A stretch of DNA of 53,302 bases, taken from the NCBI GenBank assembly GCA_002633005.1, contig NMRA01000460.1, positions 1 to 53,302 of the forward strand, given 5' to 3'. Source of the stretch: Phoronis australis (lineage: Eukaryota; Animalia; Phoronida). The notes beneath the pieces were generated by a model that saw only the letters and a list, made by a program, of their open reading frames with translations, was not told where the DNA came from and made no database searches. Position numbers and translations under genes: made by a program. Each line of letters starts with the position of its first letter. The first letter of the stretch is position 1. Shown one piece after another: positions 12,001 through 22,554 of this stretch.

Positions 12001-14978
12001 GACCGTATAACCGCCAATTTGAGTCAACAAGCCGCAAAAATAAAACACAATTTCATTGATTGATTTGAGAAAAATGTCAGCACGATAGGTTGAAAAAATC
12101 TACCAACGCGAGTTGTTTTCATACTTGGGATACGATAATTGGCACATCAGAAATCAAGATAATTAATGACGAAGAAACGTACAATTATATTTGACAATAC
12201 TCCATTAATAATACGTTGTCGTACGATACCAAGCGATATCAGAAGTTCATTAGTAGGTTTTAGAAATAATATCTTGAGGGATACTTATTGATACCTGTTA
12301 ACATCCTGTCAATTAAAGACAATCACGAGTTGTATATAATTACAAACATATCACGCTAATTGTGCGATTGCTGTTGAAGTTGACAGACAGGCTACGGGGT
12401 TACACCAACAAGCAGACGAATTTGAGACTATCGAGTACACGTTTTGATATTTGAGTTAGTTATTACAAGTAAAGCCTAGGTTAGAAAATCTTAGTAAAAA
12501 TCAGCGTACGAAAAATTAATTATAATGGAATCGCCAAAACTTAGGGAAACAAAACAACTTTTGATTTAGAGCCGTTGCCGTTGTGAAATTGACTTCAAGT
12601 TGTTGCTTAGTCAAGTTGAACTGGGGTGATTCCAGGTTCTCGAAAGAACGTTATTGCTCGAGACCGCGCTCAAAAGTTGGCTAGTCACGGCGTGTCAGTT
12701 TATAAGCCGAACGCGGTTTCAAAGAATAACGAAATGTCATTTGTCATTTAAGCTGAGACTAGTTTTGTAAATAATTGGTCAAAAACAAAAGTTGGCTTCT
12801 TGTATGGAATGCGTTTGAGTAGCCCCTAGGAGTGTGAAGTATCCGAAACTCGAGTAACCGCCTTTCTGCAAAATCCAACGACGTAGCGCATCTGGAAGGT
12901 AATTGCGATTAGCATCGTTGAGAAGCCGAATTTTAGGCATTTTATGAAGCATTTCATTCTTGTAAAATTTGCAGTAGTAGCCTAATTGAAACTAAAAGAG
13001 AAAACGATGTACGCGTGGCGACTGTGTCGATGACGAAAGTTTTTATGCCCCTGAAAAAGTATGCGTAATCGACAATTTCTTTTCAATTTCAGAAGCCTAA
13101 TAAAACGAAAAATCACCAGTATAAGTCCACGATGTATAAATCTCTCTGTTTTGTTGCTATGGCTAAGCGTTTGATTTTAAACACTTGCCGGGAATTTCAG
13201 AAATATGCCCACCACCCAAAAGTACGCCTATGAGCATATTTTCGGTAACTATTCGCATGTTTTGTAAATCTAATGGATTGTTCTAAAATACGTATGTAAA
13301 ATATTTTGATGTAAAATCTGTTTCGTTTTGGCAAGATATTATATTTTATATCATCATTTCACTCAAATGATTCATTTAACGAAATATTTTGTAACTTTGT
13401 TGATAACTAACCGTATGGGCACAGTATGAAGGACAAGTCTAACGCACTGAGCTTGTTGAATGCGAAACATGAATGTACGAATAAAATGTTTACTACATAT
13501 TCATTTCAAAAAAATTTCAAACTAACGTTTGTTTAACAAAGCCGCACTAAAATGTCAAACAGTTTATTTCTCCGTTCAAACCAGCAATGCTTTTAAGGGC
13601 TACCCACATTTACAAAAGGGTTGTTCACTTACGTATTGTGAAAAGAGAGACTTACATGAATCATTATTTGCTTTAAAACAACATCATAAACGTTTGACGC
13701 AATTTCCGAAAATACGCCCCCCCCCATCCGAAAATACACCGGGGAGTACAATTATTCGGTTTCATTTGACGTTTTCGAAAGGTCGTTTTCCTGATATCTG
13801 CCCCGATGGATTTATTTACGAAAATTCGCGGTATAAGTAAAATGGTGGCGTCACATTGTTCAGTGTATCACATGTCAATCTGGAAAATCTAATATCAATA
13901 ATACTAGAGAGTAAACACGTGTGTAAAGCAATATGGCGATAACACCAGGACATGGTTTATAGCGACTTCAAATAGTCAGTTGAGTAAAATCGGGACAATA
14001 GATTGAACTGTGTAAACAATCAACGATCAATGTATTTCTGGAAATTATTAGATACACGGAAATATAGCTCCGACCTTAAAGATGTTCGCTGAGTACGCTT
14101 CCGAACCTTTGAATGCCAATGTATGTAAATTTAATGTGTGGTTTTGGAAAGAATCGGATATTGAAGTAATGCTTGTCATAAGAAATGTTCGCTTAATAGG
14201 AAATTGTGTTTCCACTTCGAGTAATATGTGTCACAAAATTGTGTATAAGGCCTATATTCACAACATTACGTCTATTAACAAAAGCAGTCACAAATATATG
14301 TGGCTATCAGCAATGTTAAACAATGAATCCAACTGTACAAGGCGACACATTCTCGTCAGTTTGACTGATCAAGTAGTCGTTAAAGTCAGGTACTGGTCAA
14401 ATAACAGCGAGGACTAGCTTTGACGACAACTAACCTACAGAGCGTGCCAAGTTCAAGAATTAAGATGCAAACTTACTTCTTTTCCCATTAATTGAAAAAT
14501 AAGAGATTCTAAATCAGTGCCTATGATTACTGACCAAGTGGATTGTTTTGATTTGTCACTATAAGCACGTACTTCGAGTTCATCATTCTAAATAACGATG
14601 TACGCTATATGGACAGAAGTCACGTGTTTCCCAACTCAGCAAGGGACTCGGAAGTTGGACAAAATAATCGTTGAGACCATGCTCGGTGCTTAAAATTACA
14701 GGGCGAAGTAAGCCATTTTCTAATACGTGGTCATAAGTAATAACCAACGGCAAACTGTCAGTTTCGTCTTTTTCCAAGCTCTGCAATCGTCTCCAATTTG
14801 ACCTGACAAAGGAGGAATTTGACAACAATTTCATACAGGGTTAATGACAAGTAGTCTATATCAAAAGTTGCACATTTGTGATGGGAAGATGCGTATAAGG
14901 TCTATACCACTGCACGCGGGAAAGCAGCACCGACGAAATCTACAAGGCGGTAGGTTGATTCCCATGTGCTGAACCTGG

Positions 14979-15110
14979 CCTGGGTCGAGTTCAGTAACGC
15001 AAGATCTCGCGAGATTCCGCGAGATCAGAAGATATCGCCGTAAATTTTCAATAAAGATTTCAGCTAGTTTTTTTTTCTCGCCGCGAGACAATTATTGAAC
15101 TCGACCCAGG
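14979..15110. mobile_element. 132-bp MITE
   Basis: Perfect 15-bp TIR cctgggtcgagttca / tgaactcgacccagg; internal cgcgaga motifs. Confidence 0.75.
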
Positions 15111-15676
15111 ATTAGCACCATAATGCCAAGGAAAGTGACCATTACGAAATTACCATAGAATAGCGTTCCGTAGTTCTTGCCAGAAAGTCAAGATATCCGT
15201 CGTCTCACAAAATCACCCGAGTCAACTACTTCGCGAGTACTTTCGGAACTGAGCCTGATGCTAGCCTTCACCTAGCGAAACGGCAGCCACTGAAGTGATG
15301 TGTCGCCGGGCGAGGCAGGAGCGTTGAATTGTAGGATTAAATTTACTCATTACGTTCTATAAGTTTATGTGAAAAACCTAAGATAAAAAATTACTTAACA
15401 AGTTCGATTTGTTAGTTTCGCAAAAACATCGACTAGAGACTTGTGTAAAGTGAAGGGTGTGACTTTAATTACTGAAACTTGTATCGAGAACTTATCTATC
15501 CTCGACGAAAATAATCAATATGAAAAGGGTGAAACAGTAGCAAATTTGGACGCAGAGTAGAGATTTGCCCCGGTCTGAAACATTTGTTGAGGTGGAAACT
15601 GATGAAAGCACTTCTAGTTATGAAACATGATTTTGAGAATGAAAACGAAGGTAAACTGTCAACAGTAAAAGCAGGT

Positions 15677-15785
15677 GCGTCAAAGTTGCGAGAACTAAGC
15701 ACACTGGCGAAATTTAACAGTACTTTTACAGACTGGATATCCGGCGTTTTGGGAACAGTTTAGTGAGCAAATAGACAGTGATCCG
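15677..15785 (+). mobile_element. BEL/Pao LTR-retrotransposon gag remnant (DUF1759-like), frameshifted
   Basis: Translates ASKLRELSTLAKFNSTFTDWISG / frameshift / FWEQFSEQIDSDP, resembling the Pao gag motif KLP.L...F.G....W..FW.QF...ID. Confidence 0.65.
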
Positions 15786-17204
15786 GGTAACGGCGCCAGT
15801 ATAGAGGGAACACTGCTATTCCTCATGTTTGAAAGCCATCTTTATTGCAGCTAACAGTGGTAGACTTTAACAGGAATTTCAACAATTAATTCGAAGGGTC
15901 AAAGGATAACCCAACACACACACAGGCACACACACCTTCATCTATTAAAACATTACCACGTTTATCCGATCCTGAATAGTGCATAGAATGAGCCGATAAC
16001 TCAACTGAATGACAGACAAAAAGCTCTAAAGCTCTTTTTCGAGTAGGTGATAATTTTGGTGTTCTTGGTAGCGGAAATCAAATCCTATTATAATACGAAA
16101 TACTATGAGGCCGATTTTATCAGCTAAAGAGGCGTAATTTATGTTTATTGGCTGCTAAATACCGAGGCAGTGTAGTTTTAATATGTTACCAAATGTTAGC
16201 ATAATGTAGGAAAAACTTTTCCAACCAAACAAGTTTTTTAAAAATGACACTGTTCACAAAGTGCACCGTTGTAAATAATTTGGTAGCTTCTTTACGCTAG
16301 CCAGGAACGTTTAATAAATACAATCTGTTAAATTTATACATTTTGTACGACACGAGACCAATTCACGAAGTGATCAACGCGAAGGCGGTATGAATAATGT
16401 AATGCCCATAATTACTTTAACTGAAGCCAGCATGTTAGAGTATTTTAGTACATGTTAAATTCAATTGCAATGGGAACAAAACAACACCTCATCATGATTA
16501 TGACTTCAATAGAGGTTCTCAATATTTAACCTGATCCGTGTTGAAGCAATTACCGTGGATTTTACAGCACTACATGCGCTGACATAACTCATCGTGGTCG
16601 TCGTTCTGATTAGAATGAGATAAAGCGGCACAAATGTAGAAACCAAGAGCAGCATATAGCAATACCAGTGTGGAAACGATAACATGTCCGTGTCTCTGAA
16701 TTCCAGCTCTTCCTAAAATCCCTAACTGTTAAGGACCAGCAAACAACAAACCCGCGGTACAAACCCTAGATCCTTGCTTCTAAACTTTACACGCGGCGCA
16801 CCAAAAATGCTCCAAGCGCGCAGTCCAACCTCCCGGAGACCATTTTCGGCTTGCGTTGGGGCCGGGAAAAATAACGGGGCACGCTAGATCAAAACCATGC
16901 CTCGTTTGTTCTCATTGTTTTAACAAAAAAAATGAGCAAGAAATTTATCACCTGGTGGTGCAAGAAATTCCGTTAACATAACAGTTGTTTTCCACTATCA
17001 AAGACAACAGAAATCACCTTCAATTGATCTCCTTTGTAAAGGTTTGTCAACCCTTACTTGCTAAAATGGAAGACTTTGGACTCAATCTTCCCTAATCCCA
17101 TTGTCACGAAAAAACTTTTTGGTTACGGTATAGAAAGGTTTGAGTACATTTCGTGCGGTTGAGTAAGCTGATTTAGAACTTGCGTTTTAAGGCGAAGAAT
17201 AAAC

Positions 17205-17443
17205 CAAGGGTTGGAATGACCCATGACATAAAAGAGGAAAATTTTCCAGGCGATGTATCGTTCTACAAATGAATAGGTTTATGTGATAGAAATATTTTTA
17301 TGGTGCACAATTTAATTGCAGGAATTTGTTTGCATGAATAAAGTCAAAATAATGATAAAAAAGAGAAAACTGAAAATCAACGAAGAGGAAACTGAAACTA
17401 AAAAAGAGGAAATCCTCTTAAAAGAAGAAAATTCCAAGCCCTG
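17205..17443 (+). mobile_element. hAT-like MITE family copy 1 (about 240 bp)
   Basis: Consensus TIR cagggcttggaat / attccaagccctg; internal aagaggaaatcctctt hairpin; no TSD recognisable. Confidence 0.8.
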
Positions 17444-17890
17444 ACAGTAAACTACAGACTTGTCTGTTTGAGATCGGATTGTTTTATGAAGTAGAAAATG
17501 GTGTTCAAAACCATATAATATAATTTTAAGAAAGATTAAACGAACAGTGGACAAACCGTATCAGAGCCGACATTTTTTTAATTCAACAAAATCATGTTTA
17601 TTACTTAGTTAAAACAGCAGCTGATAAACCCGCGTTCCGACGAAAAATTAAATTTTCATTTAGATCACTTGCCGCTAAAAACGGTAAAGTTGATCGTTAG
17701 TCAGAAAAGAAGTGATTCGTGGTATTAGGAGGAAATCACAGTTTGTTATAGCCAAGCGAACAAAATGACACACCGAGAAGTTAACTTGTAGAATTTGGTT
17801 TCAAGCTCCTACTTTGACCAAGAAACACTCTAAACACATTAAGCGGTCTAAATCAATAGAGTTGATTTTTGTAACAAAAGGAAGGTTCAC

Positions 17891-18142
17891 CAGGGCTTGG
17901 AATGACCAATGACAATTAAAGAGGAACATTTCCCAGGTGATGTATCGCTCCAACAATAGACTTGTTTTTGAGATAGAAATATTTGTAGTGTTGTAAAATT
18001 TAACTTAAATAAAGGCTATGTAGGGATAAAGTCAAAATAATGATCAGAAAGAGACGAAAGAAGAAGAAACTGGAAATGAAATAAGAGGAATTCGAAATTA
18101 AAAAGAGGAAATCCTCTTAGAAGAGGAAAATTCCAAGCTCTG
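17891..18142 (+). mobile_element. hAT-like MITE family copy 2
   Basis: cagggcttggaat...attccaagctctg; flanks gttcac / gttcat (6 bp, 1 mismatch). Confidence 0.82.
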
Positions 18143-21091
18143 GTTCATAGCCGCTCCAACATGAAACAAAACCGTACATACGGTAACGCTTGGGCGTAAA
18201 AAAACCGTAGCTCAAAATAGTAAGTGGAAAGCCAACTGTACTTTACAACCATAGTATACAGAATTACTTTGTCAAAATCAATAATCTAATGAATGTTCCA
18301 AGTGCAATGTTCTGGTTGAAACGGATCATGAACGAATCAATTTACTTGGCAGATAATAACGCATAGATGAACCGTATTATTTCAAAGAGAAATAAAGCGC
18401 AAACCATTCCAATTTATCACTGAACAAAGCTACCGCCAACAAGAAGTTAGTCACCCACACATCGCTATTAAAAGGATGTATGTTACATTTTACAATTAAA
18501 CACAGTTGATGTGAATATTCATAAAGTTTAATTTATCTTAACAAGCAAACACAGGTGTCGCCATTGTGGAAATAAATTTAACAAAAACTTATAAATTGCA
18601 CTTTTATTACATTATCGTTGGTACAACAATGTACTTTAAGTGTTAAAAATTTGACACCATGCATTACATTCGTTGCGATCAAGGAGAAACAAAACCTTGG
18701 CAAAGACAAAGTAGACTATTACATTTTCGCGCGCTTTTATCATTTTTAGTTTTTTCCTAAACAATGAACAACCCTAAGATAAAAAATCCGGACCTGTGGA
18801 ATCGAAGCAGAATTTATGTTTTACTGTAGTCTGCCTCTACTACGGGACAGATACTCCCACCATGGATTAAATTCCTTATCACAAGATTGTATTTCCCTTT
18901 CTTGAAAGCAACGAAATCAAAAGATCCAAAAATCATAACAATGCATCATGTCTGATTTTCAAAACTTCATCTGTTCCAAAAGTATACTTTCAGAAGTAAA
19001 TGTTTGCACATCCATCAAATTGCTTATCAACAAAGGAGAAGAGAAACAGGTTAGAAATGAGTTGACCACCTTAACAACCTTACTATGTTGAAAAACCGAA
19101 ACGTGTAACTTTAAAAAGATGGGATCATCCAAGCATCAAGACAAGTCTGAATTTTTTGATCAAACGAGTCGACACCAACACTATCAAGTACAACAACCTA
19201 ATAAAATAATGATGCGTCACTTGCAATTATCAAATAAACGAACTGTGACTAATTAGCAAGACAAGTGAGCGTGGTGTGGCAATAACATACGTCTGTGCAC
19301 AACAAATAAAACAGTGATCACGTGTTCTGATATGTTTTGGACATTTTCCAACTTGAACATTTTACAGTTACGGTGATCACCTAAAGTAGTCAACAAAGAG
19401 TTTTAAAAACAAAGGATACAACTGTGTGGTTCCTACAACAGCTTAAAGACACCACGCTCACGAAACGTCCACCAAGCATACTTTTAATTTAGACCACTTG
19501 CCGCTGTGAACTTGGTCCCAACTTGTTCCTTGTGACTTCTGGGTTTGCAAATAACTGACAGTGCCTTGTTTGTTGGGACCAGGGTCAGGGTATAAAATTA
19601 TATAGCCAACTTATATAGCTTGGTCTCAAGTAACAATGCACTGACAGTTCTTTCAAAGCCCTGTCCACTTAGGCTTAAGAACAATTTGACACCAATTTCA
19701 TTATGGTAAGTAATTTTAATCAAACTTTATTTTTTGAGATGAAAGGCGAGTTTATAACCACTTTACTGCCTACTAATCTTATGAATATTCATTATGAATG
19801 CAGATTTTTGATTAGTTGGAGCGCAAAAAAAAACGAGTCAACTCCTTTGACATTTAGTTTAGCAAGGTATATCTATTAAGAATCCTACTGGAGTGAATGT
19901 TAGCCATGGCGGCCATGTTGAATCCAACGGTGCTTACTCAAGGTTATTCAGCTTCACAATAATACTGTAAATATACTGAGGTGGCACCATGCTATGGATA
20001 AGGAACTGTCACACAGTTTAACTCAGTTGAATACTTTACAAATCAGTACATGCTGAATAAAGAATTAACTTGTTTAAGAAGTCAAAACAACTATTAACCT
20101 CTCCTAAGACAAGAAACAACAATGATATATACACATATAAATCTCAACGTATGCTCATTACAAAGCAAAGAAAGACAAATCCAATTATGCCCACAGCACA
20201 CACAATCATGTTGAAAGAGGAATGTTGTAGTAAAATCGTTTTAGTTGCTGCAAAAAAAGCAGTTCATAGAATCACAACTGCGCAAATGTTGAGTCGGAGC
20301 CGTTTTGAACTACCTAGCAACAAACGAACTAGACTGGTAACAAGGTTTTCAAAAAATAATCATAGACTTCAAAAGGGACCATTCGTTCCATATTTTCAAC
20401 TGGTGTAGCAATAATCACATCTGCAATACGATATTGGTAACCCACATGGCCACCGTGGTGGTACTCTTTTCATTCCGGTTAATTGGTCACACTCATGCTG
20501 TAAAGAATAATTACACATACACCTAACACCAGCAAATAGAGACTTGGTGCATGCGTGTTTGTGTGTGTTAGTTCAGTGTGTGATGGACTAAATCATTAGC
20601 CAGATGCTAATGCGATAGGTTGCTAAAAAATTATGCTCATCGACAGACGCGAAACTAACAGAAAATGACCACCAGGCATGAGTGCACAATATCTGAAGTT
20701 GTCTATCTCTCAAATCATACTCTATCATACAAATCACATTGATCCATACTTCACAAAACTTGAGACAAACCGTTCAGTATGTAATTCATATAAACTGAAG
20801 CACTACTACCTTAAAACCATCACTTGTGACATGAGAATCAATTTTGAGAAAAAATGGTTGACCTCGTGTTAAATTGTACTGTTTGTTCAACACTTATTTT
20901 TCATAATGAATTATTCAAATTTTCATTGTGCTGGCAGAGCAGTCACCTGGGCTTAACACTATTCCAATCATACAGTCCAGCACTGACATATGCATACATT
21001 GTGGGCAAATGAGATGGAATGGGAAACCCAGATTCACCAGGTGGCGTTAGTATTGATGAATACATTATGAGAGGCACATGGGACCTAAATC

Positions 21092-21331
21092 TAGGACTAC
21101 GAATAACCAATGACAAAGAAAGAGGAAAATTTTCCGATGATGTATCGTTCCACAAATAAATAGGTATGATAAAAATACTTTCTGTGTTGTGAAATTTAAG
21201 TGAAATAAAAGTTTTTGCATGACAAATTAATGATAAAAAAAGAAATGGAAAAAGGAAATTGTAAATGAAAAAGAGGAAATCAAAACTGGAAAAGAGGAAA
21301 TCCTCTTAAACGAGGGAAATTCCAAGCCATG
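21092..21331 (+). mobile_element. hAT-like MITE family copy 3
   Basis: Degenerate TIRs, same body as copies 1 and 2; exact 6-bp flanking repeat TAAATC. Confidence 0.8.
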
Positions 21332-22399
21332 TAAATCCCACAAATACCATTATGCATGTGGAACGCTTACAGTTCTCACAACATTAAGAAAGTAAAACGA
21401 GGAACGTTTCTTATATAGCACTAAGTAACTGATATCCAGTCTTCCATCGCAATTACTAAAGCTGGACTCTGTGAATGAGATCTTGAAAAAAAAACAATTC
21501 TCTTCCCATGCCTTGAATTCCACACAATAAAGCCTGATGTGGGGGAAATGAAGACAATTGATTAAACATAATTTGTCAATACACCCGTTTGATATCAATT
21601 GGCCACGCTACCAATTTACAAAGAGATGGAATGATTGGTCTCATTGTGTCAAATGATCAGGATGAAGTAAGTACTCAAACAGAGCAGTCAGGATCCAACG
21701 AAAGGAACTAGTATAATGAGCATGAGAAAACCAATAGTAATTAACGACATAGTAAGTAGACCACACAAGAAACGAGCTTGAAGTGTCAGACCTTTGGTGG
21801 CAAGTGGTCAAGCTGACTAATCGAAATAATCAATATCATTGAGGAAGGAACTCCCATCTCTTACGAGGGGATGGTGTTTATTTCCAATCCTGTCAATTGA
21901 CTGCTCCGGAATCGGAAGCACCCTTCTCACGGAGACATTGTGCACAGGAAGTTTGGACCACACATAGTGGCATAATCTTCCCAACGGATGGCAGCGCTTC
22001 ACTTCTGCAAGAGCTAATTTCAGAGCTGAACACAGCAACTCCTCATGGTTGCGAATGACTGACTGCCCCTTCTGCATCACTGGTAGTGACAAAAACCTTC
22101 AAATTCCATGCAGAATGTCTGAAATGTGCCCCAAAACAATTGTCCTAAAATGCGGATATCGTAAACCCTAATGCCAGACGTGATGTATAAATAAATATGC
22201 AAGAAGCAGTGAGCAACAGTCATTGCTGCCATGCAAGTTACTACAACTGCTTAGCATCACTGATAAACTTAAGAAGCAGCCGACAATCTAAAACACCTTG
22301 AACCTTATGTACAATCAACCGTAAGCAAAAAATGCGGGTAACAAGATTGGATCAACAGAGTTCTGTACAAAAATAGATAGTAATTCTGCCAGGCTTAGG

Positions 22400-22554
22400 C
22401 TACGTCTTCACTTTCGACCTTGAACCTGGTCGGAGACCATTGACTGGTTTCACTCCATTTTTCTTTCCGTTTATGAACAGCGTTTCCTCATCGCCACTAC
22501 TCAGTTCTGACTCAGACATCATCAAACTTGTTATCTGCCTCTTCCCATTCTTGC
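22400..22554 (-). CDS. KIAA0319L: KIAA0319L terminal coding exon (KNGKRQITSLMMSESELSSGDEETLFINGKK...KVKT*)
   Basis: tttcag acceptor, phase 1, TAG at 22400-22402; SLM.SESEL.S motif matches the family tail. Confidence 0.9.

Noticed and set aside
17597-22399. KIAA0319L poly(A) site
   Set aside because: Several minus-strand AATAAA candidates (21877, 19726, 18603, 17597); cannot choose without transcript data.
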